64,000 bases of DNA from Massalongia carnosa (taxonomy: Eukaryota). The notes under the pieces were generated by a model, which had not been told where the DNA came from, did no database searches, and saw nothing but the letters and a program-made list of their open reading frames with translations. The translations under genes and the position numbers were made by a program. Shown here piece after piece: positions 1-12,062 of this stretch (positions are counted from its first letter, which is position 1; every line of letters starts with the position of its first letter). The DNA lies in assembly GCA_965645245.1 (NCBI GenBank), contig OZ287068.1, positions 2,046,001-2,110,000 on the forward strand. The letters are read 5' to 3'.

Positions 1-370
1 CCATTAATTTCTTATAGAACATGAGAAATGAGAACTTGACGGCCCACAGGCTTGTCCAATACAGGACGATGATGGCGAATTGCAGCCTCAGGAAGAACTC
101 GGCTCTTGTCACGAAGCCAAGCGTCAGGCTTTCTTCCCCATGCTCGATATGGATGGCCTCGAACATGATCGGGATTGCGTATGTGTATAGTGCGCCGATT
201 GCGATAAGCACCACCAGCGCGAAGTAGACGCATGCATCGTCGAGGAACAGCCGGTGGAAGACATGAATTCGAATTGCTGTTCGGAGTATTACGAAGATAA
301 TAGCGAGACCGATGCCAGTCCATATGATACCCTGGAATGTAGGTGAGCGGGAGACTTGGGAAAAGCTCAT
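1..370 (-). CDS. PTH11-like / fungal rhodopsin-domain integral membrane protein, 5' part (runs off the window start)
   Basis: Manual translation from ATG at 370 is open to position 1: MSFSQVSRSPTFQGIIWTGIGLAIIFVILRTAIRIHVFHRLFLDDACVYFALVVL...LYWTSLWAVKFSFLMFYKKI. The R-x-x-x-R..DD and W-x-x-K-x-S-x-L-x-F-Y motifs and three TM helices are typical of PTH11-like GPCR candidates. Not in the ORF track because there is no stop in the window. Confidence 0.8.
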   Translation of the reverse strand, partial: MSFSQVSRSPTFQGIIWTGIGLAIIFVILRTAIRIHVFHRLFLDDACVYFALVVLIAIGALYTYAIPIMFEAIHIEHGEESLTLGFVTRAEFFLRLQFAIIVLYWTSLWAVKFSFLMFYKKLM

Positions 371-1774
371 GAGGAGGAGACTGACAAGGAGATTCGACGG
401 CGTGAGTCCGCCAATACCACCCACAATTGACATCGTAGCATGTTGTCGAAAAGGTATGGTTGCGCCCAAGGGTTCTAGATATGGAGAAGAGCAATAAGAG
501 AAACAAAGTAAACATTGTCATTGTATGTCTTTCATTCCGCAAGCAGCCCTTGCATGGAGAAAGTCCCATAAAGGTAAGCCATCGGTAAGTTGCAGACCCG
601 ATCCAACGTGAAAGAAATCCTCATGAAAATAATGCCATAGACATCGTTGCTTTGGCTCGACAAGATAAAAGAAACCGGAGGTCGGGCTTGGAAGGAGTGA
701 CGGGTCGTCATGGAGAGTTTCCACATCGACTACAGGGGGGAACGACAGATTTAATTCAACGAGCTATCTTCACCGTCTAAACCGCAATGACAGCTATACA
801 CGCGGATAATAAAGCCACCTGAAACTCAGAATGAGTGTTTATAGCCTTCCGCCCTGTAGCACTTTCTCAGAGAAGGTTAACTCCAAATCCAGCTCAAACT
901 AACCGCTCGAAGTCAGACGAGGTCGAACAGTTAAGTGTGAGTTACTGCTCGCCAGGAACACTTCTAGCGTCAACACCACATGATGTTGTGGAGGTATGAA
1001 GGCAGGGCTTAATGCAACGAGAAGATCACTCGCAGAAATTATACATACGGATCAGTGTATTCTGTTATGATCCAGCAAGGAGCAGATCGCGGACAACTGA
1101 CTGCTTCTCTTTTAGCTGTGCCGAATCCAACAGCTCAATGGCCGGGAGTGTTCAGTTCATATTTGGGCAAGCTGAAAGCCAGTTGTTTTAGTTCTGATCA
1201 TCGTTCACCTTGGATCAGCGGTCCCCGAGAATATGAAAATTAAGCGCGGTATACACAGAAACGGATACCAAAGGATACATTTACCAAGGAGGGGAGAATC
1301 ATTTAGATATTTCCATAACAGTGTAAAAATGCGCAACTGCCGCGTGCGGTTTTCTGCACGAATTACAATCTAAAATTTAAAGGGTTTCTCCTAGGACCTT
1401 CGCCTCTTTGACTCTTATCTCAATTTTTATCTCATCCAATGATTCTCCTTAGAGATTTAAGACTTTTGGTGGGTGGCGTCGGCGGCGACAGAAGGTGGGT
1501 GCTTAGTGCTCGGAGTTAATTTGTATTGGGGGATAGTGGCTGTAATATGAATCTGTTGTTGATGCCTAAGTTTCTTGAAGGGAGCGCGTGGCATAGGCAT
1601 TTATCTAGAAGGTTTAGAAATCGCGATAGTGAGGGCTGACTTGCTGCACCACGACCGCTAACAAGACACCATAGTCCTTGCTCCTATCTCAAGCTTCACT
1701 GACCATCCGGCAAGGGGTTTCTGAACAAAAAAACAAGTCTAAGTAACCAATAGTTACCATTAGACGCATTTGAT

Positions 1775-3223
1775 TTATCCGCTCATAGATTCACCTAGCC
1801 CGAACATAGCCATCGAGTTATTCCACGCCGCTTCGCAGACCTCCTCAACCGGCAACCCCTTGATGCTCGCAATGGCATAGGCTACGTGCACGATACCAAC
1901 CGGCTCGTTTCGCCCTTTGACCATTAGGCCCCGCTCCCACTTCTCCTTCTTTACAGCACGCGGCAACGCCGGCGCTGCAACTTTATGCTTGGCCGACGCG
2001 TGAGAGGGGCGCATCTCGCACCACGGCCCGTCGGTCTCGATTTGCAACCACTCTAATGGGAGCGCCTTGACGACTTCCATGTTCTCGTCCGTCTTCATGC
2101 TGCACCCATTGACACCAATATCAAATCCCATTTCTACCAACCTCAGCATCTCGCCCATTGTGCCCGTAAAGCTATGCACCAACCCACGCTTTGGCAAGTG
2201 CGGCTGACGGGCCCGAAGCAGGCGCTCAAAATCCTCGCCGGCGGCTCGAGAATGAAGGAACAGAGGTAATTGAATCTTGATGGCGAGGTCAAGTTGTGCA
2301 GCAAAGTATTTGAGCTGGGTGGCGCGCGGGCAAAGAAAGAGGCGGTCGTAGTCAAGGCCAATCTCTCCAAAAGCGGTGCAGGTGTTATTGGCTTTTGAGG
2401 CTATAGCCAGGTTTTCCAGGGATTGGAGGAGGGAGATAGGACCGGAGGGGTTGGTGTCGAAAGTATGGGCTGTGCAGGGGTGGACGCCTACTGTAGCGTA
2501 AAGGAGGCCGGCTGTGGAATATAGGTCTTAGATAGCTTTGCAGGGGATATTGGAGACTGTGAATGACGAAAAGAAAGCAATGGCGAAAACAAACTAAAGA
2601 ATTAATAGAAGTTGAGTGAGAGGACAAGTAGTGGACCGGAGCTTGACAAGAGGAGTAAGAAAAATGAATGATACGGTCAAAACAGAGAACGCGCAAATGG
2701 AGTTATGGATAGGAAAACATGTGGGTGCTACACATAGAGAGCGTACGGAGGATGGATTATGTTCTATATGAAGATATCAACCTACGATGATCCCTAGCCA
2801 TCTCCACAGCCTTTTCCGACTCTTCCAGATCCGACCCTGTAACCATCATCTTAATACATCCAACCTCCACAGCCCTCTGCAGCACCTCGTTCAGATCATC
2901 ATCATGAGCCTTCTTGCCGTGATAAACTCCCCTGAAGACAGGATCCCCAAGATTCACCCCCACCTGGAGCATATATTAGCACTCATCACGGAAGCGACCA
3001 CGGCAAAATATTGGTAGATACATACATCAGCAAACCTAAATCGACGCGTTGGGCCGGCGGTCGTTTGCCCATTGATAGCCGGGGCTGAGGTCGTTGATAC
3101 GGACAGTGTAGAGGGAGGTGGTGGAGAAGTCATCCTGCTGGTTGGTTTCTGGGATTTAAGGAGGTTGGGGAGTGGTTTGATCATCCAGTCGCGGGTTAGA
3201 GAGCGGGGATAGTTCTTGAACAT
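1775..3223 (-). CDS. TATD: TatD-family deoxyribonuclease (3 exons: ~3223-3027, ~2966-2783, ~2511-1775)
   Basis: Spliced translation gives RFAD/VGVNLGDPVFRGVYHGKKAHDDD, ATVGVHP, AFGEIGLDYDR, LPLFLHSRAA, GLVHSFTG, LQIETDGPWCE and KGRNEP, the eukaryotic TatD motifs. Introns have GT..AG ends. The start codon is uncertain (3223 or a downstream ATG). Confidence 0.92.
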
Positions 3224-3993
3224 GAGTCATGGCTGAGTCGTGTGGTTTGTCATGACTTGGAGCTGTAGCGACAGAATGCATAAGTAATCATTGACTTGAG
3301 CCCTCCACCCTCAGCTGTCGAGTCTCAACATAGCTATCCAAACAAGAAGAAGAATGCTTCTTTAGTCGTTTAATTTAGGTTTTCAACTTTGTACTTTATT
3401 CAGCAACATTACCCGATCCCATACATACTAATCTATACACCTTTAAAACGACTTACTCTATGGAGTAGCACGTCTAGATAACTAGTTAAATACCGACTAC
3501 ATTTAACTACGGTCTCGTTCTTGCTATTTTTAACTATTTTCATATCAGTCGTTTCTGTGATGAAACGAATACCTTTTTAGCATTCGTCTTTGATATCTCC
3601 ATTATGAGAAGAAAAAATGATCATCTAATACATGAGTTTAGCCGGAGAATGCGGTCTTAATGGAGCATCGCATCATTACATAGGTCTGTCAGGGGGCTGT
3701 TCGCAAATCCTGAATAGTACTTATTGGGATGGATGGTTAGAGCTGTGTGTTAGGTATCATTTGACACCGCGACTTCTAAATCAATGAAATCAATGTTTTC
3801 GGATTTCCGCCAGTTCTCCAATCCATCAAGCCATATCGAGTTGCACATCTGCTCACATTGCAATCATCGCATCTAACATATGAATATATAACTGGAAAGG
3901 TCACTGCAGCGTGTGGATATAAAATGTAAGGCTGATTACCTCCTTGGTTGTGTTCATCATATCATGGAAGGATTTAAGACAGGCAAAGCCTTG

Positions 3994-4107
3994 TGTTCAA
4001 CTTCTACCACTACAACAGATTAGATTAGATTAGATCCAGCCTAACCGTATCGGTTACTTAAGTCTTAAGCAACCTAGGCTCGGATAAACTATTATCACTT
4101 CGCTTAG
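3994..4107. repeat. Dispersed repeat, inverted copy of the right terminal region of the hAT element (30859-30958)
   Basis: 3994-4009 TGTTCAACTTCTACCA is the exact reverse complement of 30943-30958. 4076-4107 matches the reverse complement of 30859-30890 at 30/32. Both copies have AGATT repeats between the two blocks. Confidence 0.75.
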
Positions 4108-4929
4108 TAGAGGATGATAAAAGGAGGATCATTTATTACATAGCCATATAGCCATAGTCATATACCTATTTCAACACCTTGATTCAAACATTCCGCGAAT
4201 GACACTATTCGAGCGCATGTCGTATTTGGCATTTAAGGATATCTAAGCACTCGACTTTAAATTTCAGGAAAGCCTTGTTGTATCAAGTGAAAAGAAGCTG
4301 TCTTATTCTGTCTTGAGACGTGAAAATATGATACCTTGTAAATGATTGTAACACAAGTGCCCAATAGTTTGCCTTGTGAGGAAATACCAGAGCGCTTATA
4401 TCTTCGGAACCAGTCTGGTCCGATGTACACTCCTCAATGCCGTGAGTGCTAATGTGGAGTGAGCTATTTCCAATGCTGAGTGTTCGGTCTTATCTCTTCC
4501 TAGCGGCTGATTCATGACAAATTATCCAAAAAGGCCTTCTCAGTTTGCTACGAGCAGTCTAGGCCAATGGAGAGAATACAGTATGGGATTTACGGACTAA
4601 ATATGAGATAACTAATACCAGTATTGAGGCTAGTTCCTAACGTGAATCCATCACTTAGCGGATAAATTGGTAGAGAATACAGAGTACTGTCTAACCGGAA
4701 CAGGTATAACTAATCTAGTTAGTCAATACCCCTAGCAAGTCAGAGTAGACAGAGACACAGATTTTCAACGGTTACCCGCTATGAAATGATAATTGTTGAA
4801 AGAAGCAGATTGGAAAACATATCGTCCTTGCAAAAGATGACGTCTCTCTGCATTATTGTTATTGACTGGTCTTTTCGCAGAAATCATGACTTAAACAGCC
4901 AAGTTCGAATTCGACTTCGATATTCTTGA

Positions 4930-5140
4930 TGTCAGGGTCTCGACACGGGGACGAGGATCCTCGCCTCGATCGGGGACAGAACGTCTAGACCCTGACAACG
5001 CGTCATCGGAGTTATCAGGATAGGAATTTCTTAGGAGTAGGACATCAGAGAGGGATATACAGATAGCTAGTTGTCATTCTATCCTCGCATGCCATAGCCC
5101 TATAGGGCTCCCTCCCATCGCCTGTCACAATAACCTTCCG
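4930..5140 (+). repeat. 5' LTR of element 1 (~211 bp)
   Basis: Direct repeat of 11822-12062, but 30 bp shorter (21-bp and 9-bp indels) and ending ...AATAACCTTCCG instead of ...AATAACCTTACA. Confidence 0.9.
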
Positions 5141-5459
5141 TGGGAGGGGTGAAAACATCACATCGTCGCCTCGAAGTTTTTTTTTTTCCCTTCGTCCAAC
5201 GCCTATCGCAAATTCGTGTACAGGAAATCGAGCGAGGCCCTACAACATTCGACATCTTCTCCTCATCAGAGATCCCCTGTTCGTCACTACACCACTGCCG
5301 ACAACACCTCGCGAGAACGAACCCAAGGATACACCGAGGATCGTCAACTGAGAGCTCGCCTCAGCGCAACGAAAACATAGACAGCCCCAATCCACAACCC
5401 TACCATCCTCACGCTCGTGTCATCCACTACCAATCAACGAGTCAAGCGACCGAAAATTA

Positions 5460-7091
5460 ATGGCAGGCCGCCAGACAAGAGCAATGGCAACAGCGAGGCT
5501 CACCAGATCGGACGAAGAGATCGAGGACTCCACAAGGAATAATCCGATAGAGCACGGAACCACGAAAAGACGACCCGAGGATAATCCCGAGAAAGATGAG
5601 GACGACGAGGATAAGGAAGATCCCAAAAGGGGAAGAGCACGACGGATCAGCCCATCCGACTCGTCTAGCCTATCAGACACAGATCAACCAGAAGAGCTAC
5701 GGAAGATGCCGGAGACACATGAAGTGCAAGAGGTACAGGAGACACAGCTGATCGATAATCTCAGCGACCAGATCACAAGACTAGCTAAGAGGAACAGGGG
5801 TAAGGCAATATCAGACGAGGAGATGGCTGACGCGACTCAACAGAGAGACATGGAATACTCAAGGCGGCAAAAGCTCGACGATAGGCTCAGGCAGGCTCAT
5901 AACAGGAAATTATCGACGGAGGAAGAAATTGAGCTAATAGAACAGGAGAAACAAAAAGAGAAGAACCGTCAGAAACTACTGACTCTTCAGATCGAGAGAG
6001 CTCAATTACGGCAGGAAAATGCATTGAAAGAGGAAGAATTACGAAACCTGTTATCTCTACCCGCTAATTCGACCTTTTTCGCCAGCCGAGCACATCCGAG
6101 GACAGCAAAACCCGCCCTTCCAAGTCAGCAAAAGAGAACCAGTACAGATCGACTGGACTCAAGCGAGGAGGCTATGCTCAATAGAGCGAGGAAGAAGTCG
6201 GGGCTGAAACTTAAACAGCCCAAAGAGTTCACGGGAGAAGAGTCTGATCCAGCCGTTTTCAAACAAAACCTGAAACGGTTCAAACGAGACATAAGAGCAA
6301 ATCTGTACAAGGAGGAGATAACGGACGAAAGAGAGAAGATTGACTACGCCGAGGGGTTCCTCGGGGGTAGGGCGGATCGACGATGGGACAAAGCCAAGCT
6401 CGGAATGTCACAACCAACACTAGAGGAGCTGTTCAACGTGATCGAACAATGCCGAGGAGACCCACATCTCATCATGTTAAAGGCACAACAAACGTGGCTC
6501 GAGGTAAGACAAGGCCTCTATCAGACAGCTCGGGAACACTGGGACGCCCTCGAGCGGATTCAAAGCACACTGCCACTCCAAGACGACAACGAGACAGATT
6601 TAAAAATCCGCTTCGTTCGAACAATTCGAAAGCCGAGCATAATTCCTTTCACAGCACATCAAGTAGCAAACATGGCAGAATCTGAACTCATCGATTATGT
6701 GGAAGAAAGAGACCCGACTAAGAACACCTCTCAACAGAACAGACGGGATGATAAAGAAGGACAGCCATCATACGATCACACTAGAGGGGGTTTCCGAGGA
6801 GAACAACGAAGCGGGCCTTCATCGAGGCCAATGGACTTGAGACCCAAATCCGTGGAAAACGACAGGACTCTCGCATCGGACAAAGTGCCAAACGAGGAGA
6901 AAGATCGCAGACGTCAGGCGGGACTATGTATCAAGTGTGGTAAAGGCCCACATCGGATGGAGGAATGCAAAACAGGATGGTTCTATAGAGGAGGAGATCC
7001 TCGGATCAACAAACACCAGTCGACGAACATTGCTTCCAACCCTAATCTACTACCGATTAGAGAAGAACAGGGAAAAGGCCGGGCTCAGTAG
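5460..7091 (+). CDS. gag: Gag of element 1 (coiled-coil N-terminus, capsid-like region, CCHC zinc knuckle)
   Basis: 543-aa ORF right after the 5' LTR, with PKEFTGE capsid-like motif and CIKCGKGPHRMEEC knuckle. Confidence 0.92.
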   Translation: MAGRQTRAMATARLTRSDEEIEDSTRNNPIEHGTTKRRPEDNPEKDEDDEDKEDPKRGRARRISPSDSSSLSDTDQPEELRKMPETHEVQEVQETQLIDNLSDQITRLAKRNRGKAISDEEMADATQQRDMEYSRRQKLDDRLRQAHNRKLSTEEEIELIEQEKQKEKNRQKLLTLQIERAQLRQENALKEEELRNLLSLPANSTFFASRAHPRTAKPALPSQQKRTSTDRLDSSEEAMLNRARKKSGLKLKQPKEFTGEESDPAVFKQNLKRFKRDIRANLYKEEITDEREKIDYAEGFLGGRADRRWDKAKLGMSQPTLEELFNVIEQCRGDPHLIMLKAQQTWLEVRQGLYQTAREHWDALERIQSTLPLQDDNETDLKIRFVRTIRKPSIIPFTAHQVANMAESELIDYVEERDPTKNTSQQNRRDDKEGQPSYDHTRGGFRGEQRSGPSSRPMDLRPKSVENDRTLASDKVPNEEKDRRRQAGLCIKCGKGPHRMEECKTGWFYRGGDPRINKHQSTNIASNPNLLPIREEQGKGRAQ

Positions 7092-10000
7092 ACGACCCCT
7101 CTCTACTGGGAATCATAACCTCGGGGGGAGAAATACGAGAAATACCGCAGTCGGCAAACAATTCCGACAGACAGAAACCCCAGCCGAGGAGCGACGAGGA
7201 GGATGAGTCACAATCCGGAGTAGAAACCACAAGCGCCTCCCCTATTCAACTCCACGTATACTTAAAGTCAAAGGACAGTCAATCGATAAAGGCTAATGCA
7301 TTCACCGACACATGCGCTGAAGTCAATATTATCACTCTTTCACTGCTACAAAAGCTAGATCTTACGGCAAAAATAAATCGATTTCAGGCTCAAGGAAGAA
7401 ACTTTGATGGAAGCATCATCAAGTTGGTCGGGTCAATCGAATTAAAAGCTTCTATCTGCGATACCGAAAACAATAAACTAGAAACAACCGACACTTATAT
7501 TGTAGCCGGAACCGCACCAAATGATATCATGCTAGGACTACCATTTCTCGAGAAACACGACCCAGAGTATAACCTCAAAAAACGGAGACTGCGATGGAGG
7601 ATTCAGGCATGCCAGCACAGAAGAAAAACAAAAAGACAAAGAGGATATGGACTACCATCGTATCCAGAGCATATCAATTCGATACAGGCAAAAATCTTCC
7701 CGACACTAGCAGCCCTAAACATACGGTGTCCTATCCTACTCGGCGCACTTACACAGATAATTACTCCGCCATCAATGCCAAAATTCTCAAACAACAACGA
7801 GGACAAAACCGAGGACGCCGAGGACGAGACCGAGGAGACCGAGGACGAACTCAATAAGAAATCATCCTCGTCAAAAATTATCGACCCTCTGCCAACAGAA
7901 CTTCAGGATTTTTGGGAACTCTTCAATCGAAAGGATAAGCCATTACCCGAACACTCACAATGGGATCACGCCATCAACATCGAACCCGGAAAGAAACCAC
8001 CATTTGTGTCCCTGTACAATCTATCATCAACGGAGCTGCAGTTTCAAAAACAATACCTACAAGACCTTCTCCGAGAAGGCCTCATACGACACTCACAATC
8101 CTCGGCTGGAGCCTCGATGCTCTTTCGACCAAAGAAAGACGGAGGCTTCGACCCTGTATAGACTACAGAGGATTGAACAATATCACCATCAAAGATCGAT
8201 GTCCATTACCGCTGATAACAGAAAGCCTAGATCAATTAGGAGGCGCAAGATGGTTTACAAAGTTAGACATCAAGGATGCATTCAATCGACTTCGAATAAA
8301 AATGGGAGATGAATGGAAGACAGCATTCCGGACCCGATTCGGACTCTTCGAATATTTAGTTATGCCCTTCGGATTAACGAACGCACCCGCATCCTGGCAA
8401 GCGTTTATGAATCGCTCCTTCGCCGAATTTCTAGACATATTCGTTCTCGTTTATCTAGACGACATATTAATCTACAGCAAGACACGAGAGGAACATATAG
8501 AACACGTCCGAAAGATTCTGAAGCGTCTCGAAGAACTCAATTTATACCTCAAACTATCTAAATGCGAATTCTTCAAGAATGAGTTGTCCTTTCTAGGATT
8601 CATCGTGAGCGAAAATGGGATTAGTATGGAGGAAGAACGAGTCAAAGCAATACTAGAATGGGCCATACCAAAATCAGTCAAAGACATTCAGATATTTATA
8701 GGATTCACCAACTTTTACAGACGATTCGTAAGAAATTACGCACGTACAGCAACGCCACTACTAGAACTGCTCAAAACGGGACCAGGCAAGAGGAAGAAGA
8801 AAGCACATAAGACGAGCGAGGCCAATAAAAATGCCTCGGGAGGACGCTCGCGAGGAGAGCCGAGGAAAATAAAGCAAGGATTCGGCCTAACAAAAGAAGC
8901 CGAGGAAGCCTTCCTGAAACTCAAAGCGATTTTTACCAAAAAGCCGTTGCTGCGACATTTCGACCCTAAGAAACCTATAAGAGTGGAGACAGACGCTTCA
9001 GACGATGCAGGGGGAGCTGTCCTTTCTCAACCACACGGAGAAGGGTCGGAGAAGCACTGGCAACCAGTAGCATACTGGAGCAAGAAATGGGACACAGCGG
9101 AACGGAACTACGGGACCCACGACCAGGAATTGCTAGCAATCGTATTATCCATGACCCATTGGCGACACTACTTGGAGGGGGCCCTATACAAAATCAGCGT
9201 CATAAGCGATCATGCAAATCTACAGTACTTTATGACAACCACACAACTTTCACGAAGGCAAGTCAAGTGGGCAAACAAGCTGACAGCATTTGATTTCAGA
9301 ATCACATACCAGAAGGGCACAGCAAATCCAGCGGATGGACTCTCCAGACGGCCCGACTACAAAGGAAACAATGAGGATACTTCACAAGACACCGCTAGCC
9401 TAAATTATCTCAAAGACATTCTCAGCAGCAAACCCCGAGGCGAGCGCTCGACCTCGCGAGGACCACTTCTAGCAATCATGACCAGGGCAGCGATGAAAGC
9501 CAAGAAGAAGCCGACAGGAGACACAACAGTTCGAAAACCAATTCACCCCTTCGGAAAGGCCAAACGTCTACAACAGGTAGCTCAGGGTCTTCAAAGGGCA
9601 CATTTGGGTGAAGGGCTTGATCAACCCTCAAAGGTGCTGACACAGAGCCTTGAGCAAGCCGGTGTTAGCAAGGTCATCAGCGGCGTCAGGCAAGAAGCCT
9701 CGGCGATAGCGCAGAGTCTCCCATCAGCGGAACTCGAGCAAGTGGTCCTCGTGGGACCACGTGTGATTGTGGGCGCGACACAGTCACACCCCAAGTTCGA
9801 AAGAACAAGGGACGGGTCAAAAGGTCAGGCAAAATCTGGGTCGAAAGGTCAGGCAAAATCTGGGTCAAAAGGTCAGGCAAAATCTGGGTCAAATGGAAAA
9901 TACACCAGAACATCAGGACATCTAGGGAGACAGGAAGAGGACACACAAAGCACAATGACGAAACGCAGACGTTCAAGCACGAACGGGAGCAGACACGAGG

Positions 10001-11769
10001 ACAGAGTAAGCGAAGGCGAGGACACCGAGGCGAGGGCCTCGCGGGCAAACACCTCTAAAACAAAGGAAGATACTTCGATAGATGGCGTCATAGGAAACAA
10101 CTCTAAACGACTCAAAATCTCAGAGACTCAAGACACAGAGCTCAATAAGGGACTCAACAGCATTAACATAGGCACAACGAGACACACCGAAGACTCCTCC
10201 GAGGACCTCGTACAAGAAATTTGCACACAGCAAAACAGGGACGAGGAAGTACAAACTGTACGCAAGCACTGGACATCATCATCAAAGAATCCCAAAACAT
10301 CAGCCCGCTTCAGTCGGTGGAGTGAAGGATCGAATAATATTCTTCTATTCGATAATGCAATCTACGTACCCGACTTTAATGGTCTGAGAACAGAAATTAT
10401 ACGCCGACATCACGATGATATGATAGCAGGACATCTAGGAGCGACACGCACAATGGATTTAATCAAACGAGTCTTCATGTGGCCATCAATCAGAAAAGAT
10501 GTGAAAACATATTGTCAAACCTGTCACTCTTGTCAGCAAAACAAGACACTTCGACATAAACCATGGGGACAATTGAAGCCACTACCAATCGCAAAACGAA
10601 TATGGGGAAGCATAACCATGGACTTCATAACGGACTTGCCCTCAAGTCTTGATACATGGAACACGTCGTTCGATAGCATAATGGTTATAGTGGATAGATT
10701 ATCCAAAATGGCTCAATACGTACCATGTCGCAAAACGATGAAGGCCTCGGACCTCGCGAGCATCTTCCTCGATCGAATAGTTCGTTATCACGGCATTCCA
10801 GACGACATAATCACAGACCGAGGAAGCTTATTCACGTCAGGATTTTGGACCTCGCTTTGTTATCACCTGGTGATAAAACGAAAACTCAGTACCGCTTTTC
10901 ATCCATCAACCGACGGTCAGACTGAGCGGCAGAACCAGACTCTAGAAGCCTACCTCCGTGCTTTCTGCAACAGTATACAAGATGATTGGGTAAAACTACT
11001 CGCCACCGCAGAATTCGCATACAACAACAGCAAACATACGGCAACCGGTCATACACCATTTTTTATAATCACTGGAAGACATCCAAAAATGGAGTTTGCG
11101 ATAGAAAAACACGAGAAAGAATCTCAATCAGCTACAGAACACGCAGAGCATCTCAGCAACCTCCGCGAGGAACTGAAATATCGCCTTGCCGAGGCAAACG
11201 TTCAGTACTCGACTCATTATAATAAGAAGAGACTTCCAAAAAGTTATAATGTAGGAGAAATGGTTTGGTTAAACGCAAAGAACATCAAGACCAAAAAACC
11301 ATCAAAGAAATTGGAGGCTCGTCGCTACGGACCCTACGAAATAGTCGAAAGAATAGGAAGACAGGCTTATCGACTAGACCTGCCATCAAGATCTCGAATT
11401 CACCCGGTGTTCAACGTCAATCTGATAGAATCGTTTCATCCTCGCGAGGGAGAGGAAAATCGACCGCCAGCCACAGAACTGCTAGTAGAAGATGCCGGCA
11501 ACGAGTCATGGGAAGTAGACGGAATTCTAGACTCGCGAAGAACAACAAACGGACGAGTGGAGTACTTGGTAAAATGGACGGACTTCGGGATAGAGGACTG
11601 CACGTGGGAACCCTTAGACAACCTGACCACATGTCAAGCTACTGTCCGGGCCTTTCACAAGAAAAATCCCGATAAACCAAACGGAGCTACGATCAGGAAA
11701 GAAAGAAACACGAGGAAAGAAGCGGGCGAGAAAAAGACTGCACACATTCAAGAAGAAATCGAGGGCTAA
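7070..11769 (+). CDS. pol: Pol of element 1 (protease, RT, RNase H, integrase, chromodomain); -1 frameshift from gag; 1-bp internal frameshift near 8145
   Basis: The -1 frame is open from the G GGA AAA heptamer (7070-7076) through the protease (AFTDTCAEVNI...DIMLGLPFL) to KKDGG. The frame then shifts to LRPCIDYRGLN, followed by YLDD, ETDASD/ELLAI/SDH (RNase H), HHCC, MDFITDLP/TDRGS/TDGQTERQN (integrase) and WEVDGILDSR...YLVKW...TWEP (chromodomain). Confidence 0.93.
9814..9893 (+). repeat. 24-bp tandem repeat x3.3 inside pol (encodes GSKGQAKS)
   Basis: GGGTC(A/G)AAAGGTCAGGCAAAATCT at 9814, 9838 and 9862, plus a partial unit to 9893. Confidence 0.95.
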
Positions 11770-11821
11770 AATGAACACACGAGGGCAACGAGGACGTCGC
11801 CATATAAAGGGGGGAGGCAAT

Positions 11822-12062
11822 TGTCAGGGTCTCGACACGGGGACGAGGATCCTCGCCTCGATCGGGGACAGAACGTCTAGACCCTGACAACGCGTCATCG
11901 GAGTTATCAGGATAGGAATTTCTTAGGAGTAGGACATCAGAGAGGGGTATATATTAGTCGTTTCGGTTCTTATAGATAGCTAGTTGTCAGTTTATCCATT
12001 CTATCCTCGCATGCCATAGCCCTATAGGGCTCCCTCCCATCGCCTGTCACAATAACCTTACA
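11822..12062 (+). repeat. 3' LTR of element 1 (241 bp)
   Basis: TGTCAGGG...AACCTTACA, preceded by the PPT and followed by TSD CTTGA. Confidence 0.95.

Larger units (their letters stand above)
4930..12062 (+). mobile_element. Full-length Ty3/gypsy LTR retrotransposon (chromovirus), element 1
   Basis: LTRs at 4930-~5140 and 11822-12062 (TG...CA at the outer ends). 5-bp TSD CTTGA at 4925-4929 and 12063-12067. Polypurine tract AAAGGGGGGAGG at 11806-11817. Domain order gag, PR, RT, RH, IN, chromodomain. Confidence 0.97.

Noticed and set aside
12..569. 185-aa minus-strand ORF
   Set aside because: Wrong frame. The PTH11-like protein is in another frame starting at 370.
4300..4620. Possible hAT transposase trace next to the 3994-4107 repeat
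   Set aside because: Only a vague SANVE-like resemblance, too degraded to support.
9814..9893. Short regular repeats as a CRISPR-like array
   Set aside because: Head-to-tail with no spacers, in frame within pol, and in a eukaryotic context.
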